From Paramecium tetraurelia (Eukaryota): 47,750 bases of DNA. A program made the position numbers and the translations under genes. Positions 25,557-40,300 of the stretch are shown piece by piece. Positions within the stretch are counted from its first letter, which is position 1; every line of letters starts with the position of its first letter. The notes under the pieces were generated by a model that saw nothing but the letters and a program-made list of their open reading frames with translations, was not told where the DNA came from and did no database searches. The DNA is taken from the NCBI GenBank assembly GCA_000165425.1, contig CT868352.1:434001-481750 (forward strand), written 5' to 3'.

Positions 25557-27789
25557 TCTATTCCCAATTTGTGAAATTTTAAAGACCACCAAAGCTTTTA
25601 ATTAACTTGTTTAATTTCAAAAAAAATCAAATTTACTACCACTAATGATTATAAATAAAGTAATATTTTATCTTTCCTACTTTTGAATTATTATGCTTAA
25701 ACAGATATAATTAAATAAATTTATTTTCGAATTTCAAACAATTATGAAAATATAATTATTCATTTTAATTTTGTTTTTGATTAATTACCTTCTATATGTT
25801 TTTATAATCAAAACTAAACATTCACAAGAAATAGAACTTAGGTATAAATCTATTTGATTAAATTTATAATTAACATTTTCATCTCTCTAATATTATAAAA
25901 TTTGCCTATATTTTTGAGATTTTTATTATTTTGTTATATGAGCTAACTTCAGGCCATAATTTTCTTAATTTATATTATGTTAAATCTCAATTTCAATAAT
26001 TACTTTCTTTCGGCGCTGGTTGATATTTTTTGATCATATAAAGCTAGATCATGACAATAATTTTCATTAATTCAGTAAAGCTAAATTTCATGATGTGCTT
26101 AAATACTACATACCTTTCAAAAATAGTTGATTTTTCTCAAATGCTTTATGAATTTTCATCAAAATCAAAACATAGGATAATACAATTAATATATATAATA
26201 CATAAAAGAATAGAAATAAATGATAATTATATTTATGCTCAAGTAAGAATAAATTTTTAGAAATTGTAAAATAAAGACAAAAAATATAATTAATGTCAGA
26301 GATATTCATAATGAAAGTATAGACACTATTTCAGGAAGATTCTCAAAAACATAAGATTGCACATTTATTTTCTTAATGTAAGAAATCTTTAATTAATAAG
26401 TTGTTGGAAGCAAGTGCAATTTAGTGACATTTTATTATCGTGTAAAATCAGGTAATTCTTTTTTTCCAACTAAAATCCATTTTAAGAAGTTATGATAGGT
26501 AAAATGTAAAATTAAACAATTGAATAAAGAAACATTAAATAAAATCATATTCTAAGCTAAAGAATTGGAAATAGCATAAAGTTGTGTTTGTGATTTTTAA
26601 TATTTATGATAAATTTATCTATTATTTACAATTATCAATAAATTTCATATCAAGATTAAATTAAAAGGGTTTATTTGTTTTGGATTTTATAAATTAATAT
26701 ATCTAATCAAATTTCAAATTTTATTTTTCCAGCTTTTATCAAATCGCTAAAATAGTAGATTGAAAAGTCTAAATGAGAACAATAACTCTATTCTCAAAGA
26801 CTTGTTCGAAAATTACTCATAGTATTTTAATGCTATAATTAAATTTTTTGCTAATTCACAATTTTTCTAAATTATTTTTACAATTTTAAATATATATTCA
26901 TAATTGATGTTCCTCACTCAAAGGATAATTCAAGTTTTTTGGCATTTTTAACAAGTTTTTGTATTTTCAGAAGTTTTTCTATTTTCTTCAATTATTATGT
27001 ATCATTAAATCTACCTAATCATTTGTTCTTCTTAAATATCTCAATCATTTATTAAGTAAATAGATGTATCTAATTTTTGGATTGCCCCAGGTTAGAGACA
27101 ATATCATCTTGAAATTAAATACAATCCTCTTAAAACCTAAAATTGAGAAATAGTTAATGATTTGGTTCGAAAGATTTTCATATATTAATTGCACAAGCCT
27201 TACTTGATAGATTGTGATTTGAGAACCTAAGGATATATTATTTATTAAGATCGTTTTGCTAGGAATATTTTCTTAGTCATTAATGCGATGATTCATGCTA
27301 ATAGTTCTATAACAAATTTTACTTAGCTTAGAGAATATTGGCCTTAATGAAAGTTTTAATAGAAACTGATTTCTATTTAGAGGAAGCATTGAACTTTATT
27401 TTTAAGCAGAGTATCTGATTTAATAACACTAAGTAAATCTATAATTAAAGAATGATTTCGGTAATCCGACACAACAACAAACAACCATTTTTTAATAATT
27501 GGTGAAAAATTGTCATGAATTTATATATTAAATATTGGTCAAAAATCATAACTTTTTCAAATGTATAAATTACAATTAATGTTTTGTTGTAATTTACAAT
27601 AAAATCTCATTATTGAATTTTGCATTAAATAAAATTAATAATTCAAGATGACATGTTTATTGGCAAATTGGGATAGTTATGACAAACAAAAAATGTAATT
27701 CAGATTTTTATCTACTGTTTGTATTTAGATAATAAAATTAGAATTAAAATCGATTAATTAATGTAATAGTTCAGATGTTGTGTATCGAT

Positions 27790-28472
27790 CTTATTTAGAA
27801 TTTCAAGGCAATTTATTTGATGAATAATTTTTAAGTGGCCCTGACTTAATAAATAAAGATTTTCTTTATCATATTATCATCACATTTTTTTTGTATTTTG
27901 TATAATTGGAAAGAGGCTCTCATCCAGATTAAAATCATGATATGTTAATTATAATTCCTTAATATCTTCTAAAAATATATTCTCAAATTTCTAGAAATTC
28001 TAGATTTTTCATTCAGTAACCCATAAATAGAATTTTTACTTTCTCACCAAGATATTTCTATTCTTATTTATGCGAGAAAGCATTAATAATTTAATTTAAT
28101 TTAAAATTGAGTATAGATTTAACTTTCCATTTATCTAGTTAATTTTTCTCCTTATCCTTATATTCACATGCTGCAAATAATGTCTCTGATAAATTCAAAC
28201 TTATTGAACATTCTTGATTAGTATGAACATTTAAAGAATAAAGATAATGAAACTTATTCTTAGAAAAATCCACCTTCCAAATCATAATTGATTCATTCTT
28301 AATTCCAGCAATTAATTAATCTTCATTTTTAATATAATATAAACATTCTAAAAAATACTTTTGACCTTTAAATTGCTACACTGAATTTTCAAAATTGGGA
28401 ATGTTATCTTTTAACCCTGATATCAAATTTCCGTATTTTTACGTTTGTGACATTAGTACGTCGTACATCACT
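27790..28472 (-). pseudogene. Decayed WD40-repeat gene (same family as 38000-39664), running into the gap
   Basis: KNEDQLIAGIKNESIMIWKVDFSKNKFHYLYSLNVHTNQECSISLNLSET aligns by eye with ENQLFSAGEDQKIIVWKVDFSQNELTYLYQLEKHTKCVRSISLNECNT of the 38 kb gene. Downstream DESLFPII is followed by TGA stops and frameshifts. Confidence 0.7.
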
Positions 28473-29062
28473 NNNNNNNNNNNNNNNNNNNNNNNNNNNN
28501 NNNNNNNNNNNNNNNNNNNNNNNNNNNNNNNNNNNNNNNNNNNNNNNNNNNNNNNNNNNNNNNNNNNNNNNNNNNNNNNNNNNNNNNNNNNNNNNNNNNN
28601 NNNNNNNNNNNNNNNNNNNNNNNNNNNNNNNNNNNNNNNNNNNNNNNNNNNNNNNNNNNNNNNNNNNNNNNNNNNNNNNNNNNNNNNNNNNNNNNNNNNN
28701 NNNNNNNNNNNNNNNNNNNNNNNNNNNNNNNNNNNNNNNNNNNNNNNNNNNNNNNNNNNNNNNNNNNNNNNNNNNNNNNNNNNNNNNNNNNNNNNNNNNN
28801 NNNNNNNNNNNNNNNNNNNNNNNNNNNNNNNNNNNNNNNNNNNNNNNNNNNNNNNNNNNNNNNNNNNNNNNNNNNNNNNNNNNNNNNNNNNNNNNNNNNN
28901 NNNNNNNNNNNNNNNNNNNNNNNNNNNNNNNNNNNNNNNNNNNNNNNNNNNNNNNNNNNNNNNNNNNNNNNNNNNNNNNNNNNNNNNNNNNNNNNNNNNN
29001 NNNNNNNNNNNNNNNNNNNNNNNNNNNNNNNNNNNNNNNNNNNNNNNNNNNNNNNNNNNNNN
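28473..29062. other. Assembly gap (N run)
   Basis: Run of N. Confidence 1.
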
Positions 29063-29585
29063 AATGATTTATTTAATAAGGGTTTACCATATTTATTTTT
29101 TTAATATTTTCCTCAAGTTTTATTGAAATTTTTAAATGGTTAATATTCCAATTGCTTTGAAAAGTAAGCATCTTAAAGAAAATTTTCTATCATCATCCCC
29201 AGCATCAAATATTTAACTTACATTGTAGTATCACAATTTAAATTTATTTTGAATACAAATAGAAATTTTCTGTGAAAAATGTTATGGCTAATAACACATA
29301 GATAAAATTTACAATTATTAAAGTGTTATTTCCACCTTTTTAGAAATAATGAAATAATGAGAAAAAAAGATATTCTCTTTTTCTCTAAAGTTTAGTTAAT
29401 TGTGAATGGATTAAAATATTTGATCAAATATAATCATCATCAAGATAGGGAAATTGTAAGTAATTGAATTGATTGGGAATATCATAATTTTTTGAACTTA
29501 TCCAATCAAATTGCAATTATTTTAATTAAAGAGACTAAGATAATTTAAAGAAAAAAATAATTTAAGTTGTTGATAAAATCATCAA

Positions 29586-30819
29586 ATGTAATAAAAGTTG
29601 AAAGGAGAACAAAATTTTTGGAAAAATATAATATTGAAAGAACAAAATTTGAATTATCTTTAAGGAACATTTTATTTAAATTATTTTGAAGAAAAAGTCC
29701 CAAACTAATCAAATTAACAGCGTACAGATACGTGTGAATCACTAAAAAATGAAACTTAGTAAAAAAATGATGAGAGTTCAGAAAAATTTGAAGAAAAATT
29801 TTAGGATGATTTTTTAGACGAATCCTCTATTGATTCAAGCTTAGAACCTATTTAATATTGCTTTATGGTATCATACCTAATAAGTCCAAATGAATAGTAT
29901 TTAGTAGTGAATACAAAATAAGTTAATTGTTGGTAAGTTTCAGATAAAATAATCATTTTAGACCTTAAAAATAAAATGGTTTTTTCATTTTAGTTTAAGA
30001 CCGATCATACTGGAGCACCTCCTACATACTTTTTATCTGATTATTTAATAAGTGTTGATGCAAAATATGGCGAAACTGTGTATTTTATATTTTTGGATTT
30101 ATTAAATAATTGGGGATAGAAGTTTATTATAACCTATAATTATCCAATTATTTAATTGAATTATGATAGCTACTTGAATTGCATATTAATATTGACCAAA
30201 AAAAATAAAATTGTAAAATAATAGTTGAATTTAATAAACCTTAACTAGGAGTTATAAACAGTGCTGAATTTTAAAAATGGATGGCCAGAAAACATGCTGG
30301 ACAGTTATCCTTTATAAAGTTTACATATTCTTAATGATTCCTTTGCTATAATCAGTAATAGCATCAATTAATTGTTTTTAATAAAGATTAGTAACCAAAT
30401 ATAAGTAGTTAAATACTATTATTGGAAATCTGTAAAATCTGAAGTGATTAAATTACCTTTAAATAATAGTATGGCTGTAATGAGCAACTAATTAAAGGAT
30501 ATCTCACCAATATTAGTTGATTATTGTAGGGGAAGATTAATTAGAAAGGCACCTAAAGGAGGGGCTAATAGTCATCTATATTCATATAAAGGATCTTGTT
30601 TCATATCCAGTATTTATTAATCATATTTCAGGCATTTAAGAGGAAGACAGTTAGGGGGTAATTTAGTCGTAAGGAATGATATTTGATATTTTAAGAGGAA
30701 ATCTAAAATATAGAAATTTGATGGATAAGGTTTCGCTTGAATAAACTAACATTAAATTTACTCATAATATAATTGCATAATATTGCAATGATACAATTAA
30801 CTACAAGTTGATATTTTGA
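29586..30819 (+). CDS. Hypothetical beta-strand-rich, possibly propeller-like protein (~403 aa)
   Basis: ATG 29586; ISPNEQYLVV, IIILDLKN, LVDYCRGRLIRK, IFDILRGNLKY. A 22 nt intron at 30610-30631 restores the frame; TGA 30817-30819. Confidence 0.7.
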
Positions 30820-31139
30820 ATTCATTATTATGAATGTCATAGTTTTATTATTTAATAAACTAATTGTCTGTTTATAAAATTATAATCGCATAATTATAAA
30901 GCATATGATTGTTTTGATAAGTCTGTTAAGAAACAGTTGAATATCATTCTATACTTACTGATACACGCCGATACTTAAGAAGATATAAATCAAATTTATG
31001 AAAAAGATGAGTATAAGGATAAAAATTTCTTATCTAAATTAGGATTAAAGAAATAATATAATCATAGATGATAATTACATTATGAAGTGAAAGGTATCAA
31101 AATAATTTAAATATTCTAATCAGAAAATATTGATATTAT

Positions 31140-33230
31140 TCATTATTGATATTTTCTTACTCTGATGCTTCTACTTTCGTTGTCCCATGTAACTAGATAT
31201 TTACCATCTCTAGTCATAGAACCATATAGATAGACATCTGAACTTTAAATTGATTACACAACAGAAAATTCATTATTTTTCTAGTTGATTTAAATAATGT
31301 TAATTGTGTTTCCATTTTTGTGGAGTAGAATAGACTTTTCTTCAATTAGTTACTACGAAAAGAAATCCAACCTATTATCTTTTGAGTTTACTTTAAGTTC
31401 TTAGATTATTTAGAAGTTTTATTATTCTTATTCTCTCTTATATATCTAAAGAATTTCTTAATCAAAAGGTTAGAAAGTGAATAAATCATCCTTAATAAAT
31501 TTTAAACTATATCCACATTTATTTGTCGGTATAATCTAAATTATACACCACTATTTCCTATTTTGATGATATTAAGTCAAAAAGATCTCAGTTCCAGTTG
31601 AACAAGAAATAAGTTACGTTGAAGAAGGGTTTAAACTTAAGCTACGAACTTCGGCAGAATGACCATTAAGTATTTATTTGCAATGCCATTGACTATCTTT
31701 CTTAGACCAGAATCTTATGGAACGATCATCGCAACCAGAGATAATCAAGTCTTCTCTATTATTCATGATTACTCCAGCCCTTACATAATCAGTATGTCCT
31801 TCCAACACTTATGAGCAATACCAAAGGTTGTTACTATCACAAGACCATATCATGATCTTACAGTCATTGCAACCTGATATAAATTAATTGGTCCTATTCA
31901 TAAAGTATAAACATCTCACATAATCTTTATGGTCGTTTAATATTTATCTTAGTGTTAATTGGCCTTGTTTAAATTCAAATACCTTAATAAAACAATTGCA
32001 TCCAACAACCAAAATACTGGAGTCACTATTGAAAGCAAATGATAAACATTTTTCTTCTTTCACATTATATTACTCCAGTAACTAATAATTCAAAGGAACT
32101 GCTTAATTTCCAGATTCAACGATCTCACTATTTTGATTGTAATTGATTTATGGCTTATTCCAATATTTCAGGAATGATTCAAATTGGATAATCATCATAT
32201 TGGTAAAACATTTTGATTAATTCAACATATTTGTTATCTAGATGTCCTTATATATCGACTCTTATTCAATTTATTCAATCTAATTTTTCTACCTGCAGAT
32301 GTAAGCTACATCCCCTAACTAACCTGTTGAGAATTCAGACCAATCATATTGCATTAATTAAAACTATTGGTGAAATTAATCATTTTCTAAAGTATTACTG
32401 AATTAATATAATATATTATTTTTATTTTTAATATTCAGTAATTTATTTAGTTCAATAGTGGATTGATTATTCAATTATTAATTGATTTAATCAATTAACT
32501 TTTGGAAGTGTAATTGTAATGAGCTAATTGTTTAGGAAATGATGTTTGATTTTGATACCAATTTGTTCTGGACCAAATTAAAAGACTTTGCAGTTTCTAG
32601 AATATATTCATTCCACCTATTTTTCAAACTTTATAAGGTAATGTATTATCCATATTTATTATCTTATCTACAGTATTCACAAGCTATCTTATTTGAAACT
32701 TCCTCATTTAATTATACATATCTTATCCTTTCATTATGTTGGTTACAAGTCCAGTTTCCATCTTTTTAATTTTATTGAGGTTAAAATATTCTATTAAAAA
32801 TTCTGATTGAATCGTCGAACTTAATTTATTGAATTTTCTGAATAAAGTTAATTAAATTGTCAGAATCTACAAAATTCCTTAATTTAATCTTCAAAAATTC
32901 CTTAATCCTTTCTCCATCCACTAATGATTCAGATATTAATAAATTTAATTGATTAGGGTTGTTATAGACTTGGGAAGGCAGTTAATAAAGTAATGATCCA
33001 ATTTAATTTGATTTTAGTTACAACTCTTAGACTTAATCATCTAAACTTTTCATATAATCTATCGATGATTGAATAAAAGAGGACATCTATTTTTGAATAT
33101 CGCTTTTAAGAGCAATTAATATCTTCATTGCAAGTTGAGTATCCTTTTAATAGAGAGGCAACCATTTTTACTTAAGGTTCTACTCAATGTTACATGTATC
33201 TTGCTCTTCTGTATTATAATCTGAAAACAT
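31140..33230 (-). CDS. CxxH..CxxC motif / helical / WD40-repeat protein (~696 aa)
   Basis: ATG 33230; CNQH...IACEYC; WD repeats HKDYVRCL..FISGCNDCKIMIW, GHTDYVR..IISGCDDRSIRFW, GHSAEVRSLSL; ends DGKYLVTWDNESRSIRVRKYQQ-TGA. Length 2091 nt. Confidence 0.88.
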
Positions 33231-34379
33231 AATATGAATTATTAATTATTAAAATCAAATCCATAATCTTCTTCATTAATATGAACTTAAGATACCAAAC
33301 TTATAAAATATGATACCTTTCATAAATTCAATGTCTATGGATTTCCACTTCTTTCTAAATTATCAAAATAAAATCACTCTCAAATGATTATGATTTATTT
33401 GATACGTAATTTTATCTTCTACAATCTCTTAACTCTATAATTTTGGTTTTTAAATTGTTCTCTTACAATTGGCAAGAATCAACATCTATAATTAACAAAA
33501 AATGTTTAAAAATTTATCTATTTATGAACCTTTTGAAATTTTATACTAGAACAATGAACATAAATGGTGTTCTTCATCATAAACGAGTAATCTATCATAA
33601 GTTTCTGATGATTATTATTTTAGCGTCAGTCATTTAATATAAAAATTGCATTTATTCATTAATATAATTTTGATAAAGACAGTTTCGTAAGTTTCTCTAA
33701 TGATCTTGTTTATCAAAAAACCAAATGGTGGCTCAAGATTTAAGGAATAAAAGGTTGCCTCATCTATAATCATATCATCAATAAGAAAGAATTGAGTAAA
33801 TATAACATATGAAAAAATTATTAATTACAGCCTTTAGATTGTATATATTTATGCAATTAATCAAACTGAGTAATCAAATAATTTATATAAAATAGAATAG
33901 AACTTAGATTAAATAACATCATGTTTTTTTGATATGATTAAAAGTATATAATTTGGAAATGCTTTTATTGTTTGTGTATTATTTATAATCTAATGACTAT
34001 GTTTATTATTATATTATTAAATCATAAACTGCTTACTTTTAAAAGGATGAAACTAAACATTTATTAAATTTCCTTTCTATTGCAATAAATAATAAATATT
34101 GTTTTTTATATATCCTAGACATTCCATAATATTATGTTTTGTATTATAAAATTAGTCTAAAATAGTAATATTTTAACTATATTATTTAATTAGTATTAAT
34201 ATCAGTATTGATTAAACTGGATGCATAAAATAGTATCTAATTTTAATTAATTAATATTCTAATATCAAAACATTTCAACTGGAAGGATAAGTCCAAAAAA
34301 GAGGATATTTGTGGCTGCAATTATGTTATCCACTTAAATCATAAACTAAAAATAATTGATTTTTAATACTCTTCCTTTA

Positions 34380-35260
34380 ACAATCTATCCAATAACTATC
34401 ATTATTGTAGATCCATATAGGACTGAGATGATGGAATTTATAAATAACCAAATGTTGAATATTAGCGGAATTAATCCAAATATACAGCAAACAGCAATAG
34501 GAACTACATCATCATAATATATTTACTAAATATTCTTATTGTTTCTTATTCAATAGCAAAATATAAGATCAAGATGAGGTTAATCACACAATTGAAGATA
34601 AATTAGTTTTCTGCAAGTACAAATACTAAGTCAGCAGCTAAAATTTATATTCTCTAATACCACTAAAAGATATCCCATCCTCATCGTTTATTGAATCATT
34701 ATTAAATAATCTACAAAATGTCAAGTATGTTTAAGTTGATAGGTAGACTTAGAATATTAGGATGAATAGGTTTTCTGGAAACTTGGAAAATAATTTCTAT
34801 AATAATGTACTCGTCTGAATTGCCAAAGAGTTCCAATTTTAGCTAGTCCACACATTAACAGAAGAGATATTGGAAATAAATAAGGCGCAATTTGGTCTAT
34901 AAATTCTCTCATTCCATAAAGCAAAGCATAGATTAAGAAAAATTAAAAAAGAGACCAAAAGAAAAAGAGGACGAGAACTTTTATCACGAACATTTTTTGG
35001 ATACTAAAGCATTTTTGATGTATCAGATTATCTTATGGACATTCCTATTCTTGCATTTTAGTATAATCACTGTTATTTGGAATTGCAATTCCCTATTATA
35101 TCTTTAATACATTTTCTACTCAATTACAAAAAATATTACCCTTCTAGTTCTAATTTTAAGAGAATTATTGGTATTTTGAGAATTCAAAGGTTTCTTATTC
35201 TGTTTTTTAAACTAATAGGTTTTATTCTTTTGATTTTGGATTATTACTCATAATTTAAAC
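34380..35260 (+). pseudogene. Degraded coding remnant, possibly a RING-variant membrane E3
   Basis: Coding-like segments broken by TGA stops; IIKQSTKCQVCL followed by hydrophobic stretches. The family guess is weak. Confidence 0.25.
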
Positions 35261-36029
35261 TAAATTAATCCTTAATACTTTTCTTCGTTTTAATAATAAT
35301 AAAATCAAACAATATATAACATATTCCACTTAGACTCAATAATTCTATTAATTAAAGTAATTCGCTTGGATATAATTTAATCTTAATATATAAATCTCAA
35401 ATTTTAAAATAATTGTTCTTAAGTTTTAGCTGAGTTATTGATAATAATATTTATTTAACAAGAATCAAAAATGATGATTCGATTACCTTAGCCTTAAATA
35501 TACAATTACTTATCAATTTTCAAAATTAATAACATTTATAAATTTTTGAGATAATTGTATTTATTGTTTAAAATATTTATATTATATGTTTAACCCGACT
35601 TTTGACTTAATAAAAAGATTAATTAATAAATTTAATAAATAATAAAAACAGCATTACTAAAAGTTTCGAACTTATGAAAATGATAATAATTATTAAATTA
35701 GTATTTTTTTAGTAATTTAACTGATTTATATACCAAATATTAATAATTATTATTCCATCAGGTCGCTTGCCTCTAATCAAACTAAAAATGGATATCTGAC
35801 AATGAAATTGAAATCAAACAACAGCTCATATTTGGTTATTAAAATATATAAGCATTTCAGAGAGAGCCAAATAGAAAAATATACAAAGTCAGTTTTAAAA
35901 TTCTTTATTTCTGTTGTTTAATGCAACTAATTTATTAAACTTCTATACATGATCCTGTGTATTGAAAAAAATTGAGACGGCAACCGACAAAAATATAAAA
36001 TATTTCTAATATTTCAATTATTTTATAAG

Positions 36030-36705
36030 TCAATTCAATTATCCAACCAATGAGATAAGTTTCACTTCTGATTATTTAATTTCATGAATTTCTTTGATTA
36101 CTTCAAAGTTGTTAAATATTTTACTAAAGGTGCTATAAGTTCCCTGATGCCAAGATTCTGTTAGAAGCTATTTAAATCCTTGCCTTCTACATTCTTCAAT
36201 AGACAGATAGGCACACACAACAGCTAAGGATTACCTTAAATAATTTGAATGAGTTCCCAAATGGTTTAGATAAGCTACCTCCTTATAATCTCTCTCTTTT
36301 GATGCTACATACTTACCTAATAAAATATCAATAATCCCAATAATTTCTGTAGCCACAGGAGTTGGCTACACACCTTCATCCTACATATCTGTTTTTAAAT
36401 CACAAGTTAAACATGCAGAAACTAGATTGTCTCCTTCAAAAGCCCCATATGACAGATTTTCTTGTATAATTCGATCACTAAAACATAATAAACTCATATA
36501 CATACAAAATGTCTATTGATTGTAAAACTTTAATGTCTTCTTCTGTCGCCTATAGTAATTATATAACTGGATTATGAGAAAGAAACGCGTTTATCATAAG
36601 TCTTTATGCATTATAAACGTCCTTTCTTTCAAGTTTACGGAAGGTGTATCTAGTTTCTTTTTCCTTGAGGAGAGTAGATAAGTCCTAAATATTAGTTCTT
36701 AACAT
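36030..36705 (-). CDS. GNAT-family N-acetyltransferase, arylalkylamine N-acetyltransferase-like (~215 aa)
   Basis: YTFRKLERKDV..AQRLMINAFLSHNP; NLSYGAFEGDNLVSACL; AYLNHLGTHSNYLRQSLA (motif A); EECRRQGFKQLLTESWHQGTYSTFSKIF (motif B). Intron 36478-36505; spliced length 648 nt. Confidence 0.8.
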
Positions 36706-37999
36706 TAGTATTAGATATAATTAGTATATTCAACAGAATTTTTAAAATATATATATTTGTGATGTTAAAAACGGGTTGAATTTCAAGTACTAATAAATAG
36801 TAAATGTATAAATATTTCGTATGAAAAAATATCTTTGAGCCTATTTCCATTCTCTTTAATTTTGCTTTGAAATCAGATCTCAGAGTACGATGATGAAGTT
36901 GACACAATAAAATTTATGAAATAGATAAATTCAGTATTGACAAAATTAACTTATTTTATCTTTTAATAATAACATTTCAATATGATTATGATTAACAAAG
37001 ATTTGATTCATTTATCGAATTATATGTTATGAAATTTAACTTCATTTAAAAGGAAGATTGAACTTTAAGTTGCTTTAAACATCACTAGATTTGATAGGAA
37101 ACATAAATTAAAAAATCATCTTAGAATATGTTATCTTTAATTGTACAAATCTTTTATAAAGCTAAACTAATTAAGTTAGGATATAAAAAAAACTGTTATT
37201 ATAAATTGATTTCCAAAAAAAAACTCAAAAAAGAAGATCTAGGAATCAAGCAAATTAAAATCTTTATAGAATATTCATAGAAATTGTTATAATTATGATA
37301 AGTAGTAGTTTTAATCTCATTTATTGTAATCATATTTTATAAATATGATTATAAATTCATTTTTAACTCCGTAATTAATTTATTCAATTACATCACCTTT
37401 AAGGTTAATAAAACGAAATTTTCATCCTATAAGCTCTAATGGATATTTTAAATGTATTTTTTTCTGATTGAAATTTCATAATTTCATCTAATTAAATTAT
37501 ACATTAGAATAAAATAAATCTTTGAAATTCTAAAACATTAACAAATATATTCTTAAGCAACTGGGTTAAGAGTTGAGTTAAAGAATAATATTAGACTTAT
37601 ATAAAATTGTTAAACACTGATTTCAACTACAGGCAAATATATATTTTGATAAAGTTATTTAAGAAAAAAAATGAAGATACAACTTATTCTAAAAAGTGAT
37701 ATTTTTTTTAAGTAAAGATATGAATTGAGATTTTTTTCTAAAGAAAAATGATAATTAAGACCAAAATTATAAGGGAGGGAAGATTTATAATTTGCAAATT
37801 ATTCTATGAATTATTTCCTTTATTAGATGAATTGAAGAAATTTCTTAAATATATTATAAGCATATTACAAATTTTTCAGCAATGAAATAATATAAACTCT
37901 AAGATGAATGTTGGTCATTATAGGAAAAATAATAACTCTCAATATATATAATTAAAAATAATAATTTCCAAATTATTGTCAGGATAATTTATTTAACAA

Positions 38000-39664
38000 A
38001 TGTTTAAATCTTCAATGATAGAAAAAGAAAAGGATCTAAAATGTGCTAATAAACACAAAATGCCTATACTAATGGTTGTTCTGGATCCAAAATTAGAATT
38101 AAATTAGCGACTCTTATGCTCAGATTGTATAAAAAATTTTACAACTCAATTTTCGACTATGGGATATGAATTAGTGTCGAAACAGATTAAGTAAAATTAG
38201 AAGTAGAAAGTATAAACCATAGAGAAGACTATTTAATTAAATATAAAGTAAGTAGAGGAGTTATTAGGAAATATTAATAAATTAAAGTCAGCAATAGCGT
38301 TTTAATTAGATGAAATAATTGGATTCAGTGGAGGTTGGATTAAAAATTTATTATCTGTTGGACATGAATATTCTCAATATAGTTTTCACAAAGAATTAGA
38401 AAATTTAATTTCAAAATAATTGGAGAATTCAATTGATAAATCTTTATTAGTAGATGAGATCAATAAAGTAAATAGTTTTTGGAATGTAAAAATAAATGAA
38501 AAATTGGAATAATTTAGCTCTTTTAAAGTGTATTAAAAGTGCTAAGAAATATTGTAGAACTTAAGTTAAACCATTCAAGTTAAACAAGAAGAGGTTCAAC
38601 AATAAAAAGTATCATAATAGAATAATTTATAATGTTAAGTTGACTAAATTCATGAGTTTAAATCAGCTACTAATTAATTGGCATCAGAACCTTAGATTAA
38701 TCTATAGTTAATAGATGATACAATAAAATAAAAGAGTAAATGTTATGCAATTGCTTTCAACAAAACTGGAACTCAAATGGTATCGATGAGTCATTTTGAT
38801 ATTAAGGTGTGGAATATAATTGACGGCAAACTCAATTATTAATCAACTTTATAAGGACATTCTAATTACATCTATTGTCTAGTATATAGTAAAAAGTAAG
38901 AAAGTTTTATTTCAAGTTCAAATGATAAAACAATTATTTGTTGGAAATAAATCAAAAAAAATGAATGGAAGGCATCATAACACTATAGAGAACATAAAGG
39001 ATGGATCGGAACCATGATTCTTAATAGTTAAGAAAACTAACTATTTTCAGCAGGAGAAGATTAAAAAATCATTGTGTGGAAAGTAGATTTCAGTCAGAAT
39101 GAATTAACTTATCTGTATTAACTAGAAAAACATACTAAATGCGTTCGTTCCATAAGTTTGAATGAATGCAATACTATTTTGGTTTCAAGTGGAGACGATT
39201 AATAAATAATAGTCTGGGAATTTGGCTAAGGAGATAAGTTTTATTTTAAGTAAGTGTTTACTTCAGTTTTGAATTGTTCTGGTTGTCATATCAAATTTAT
39301 CAAAAATAATAAATTCATTTGGATGCCTTATAGTAATGAATTGAACTGCATTTGCGTATTTGATTATGAAGATGGGATTTTTAATGAAGATGCTGATAAT
39401 AGAATCCAATTACTTAATTCTAATAAGAATATTGGATGCGCTTTATTCCCAATTGTCTATTTGAAGGACAAAAATATGATATTTATTAGGTCTAAAAATA
39501 TCATATATGTCATCAAGGAAATCAATGGAAAGCTTGTCATTCAAAACGAATTAGATTGCAGTACTAAGTGGAGCTTTGGAACGACCACAGATGATGGAAA
39601 ATATTTAATATTTTGGGATGAACATAAAGGAGGATATTCAACATATGAATTATAATATAAATGA
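38000..39664 (+). CDS. CxxxH..CxxC motif / helical / WD40-repeat protein (554 aa)
   Basis: Intronless 1665 nt ORF. MFKSSMIEKEKDLKCANKH...RLLCSDC; GHSNYIYCL..FISSSNDKTIICW; EHKGWI..LFSAGEDQKIIVW; DGKYLIFWD. Confidence 0.92.
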
Positions 39665-39789
39665 GACATATTGATATAATAAAAGCATCAACATCTTTTT
39701 TTTATTAAACTTCAAAAAGTAATAATTTTGTTGACACCTCAACCAGAATCATGACAAATTCATCCTCTTCATTTGAACTCCTTCCAACA

Positions 39790-40300
39790 TATAAATATAG
39801 AAATTAGAATAATGGTCTTGCTTTATCAAAAATTCAACAAATACGCAATTAGTTATTGGTAACAAATAATCAAATAAAATTTACTAATTTAGAAAAGGGT
39901 GTTTGAAAAACTATCCATAAGTTTATAACCATTACACATAGTCTGCGTGCCTAATTTTCTTGAGAAGATCACACTTTACTTCTGGATCAATGAATACTTT
40001 AATTTTTATCTAATCTTCTAACTTAATGGCTAATCCCAAATACATAACTAAACTAATTGTTAACTCTAAGAATCTCTCATGTAGAACCAAACACCAAAAA
40101 ATTGATGATATTCAATCAAATTTGATCAAACACCTCCGGAGTATCAATTCGTACACTTCAACAGTGTTTATAGTATCTATGAATGAAGAAGCAAATAAAT
40201 TGGTTTCATTTGGAGAGATTGCTTAATTTTAATTATGAAAGGTTAAAATCAATCTTTATGGCATAGAAAACAGAATATGTCTGTTGGATAATCTCCCCAA
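39790..40300 (+). pseudogene. Decayed WD40-repeat gene fragment
   Basis: FTSGSMNTLIFIQSSNLMANPKYITKL and TSTVFIVSMNEEANKLVSFGE resemble family WD repeats. Contains frameshifts and TGA stops. Confidence 0.6.

Noticed and set aside
26040..27520. Coding-like fragments and small ORF-track calls
   Set aside because: No sustained frame under table 6 and no recognisable motif or transposase signature.
28395..29126. Long X-containing ORFs over N runs (also at 17.9 and 41.9 kb)
   Set aside because: Artefacts of assembly gaps.
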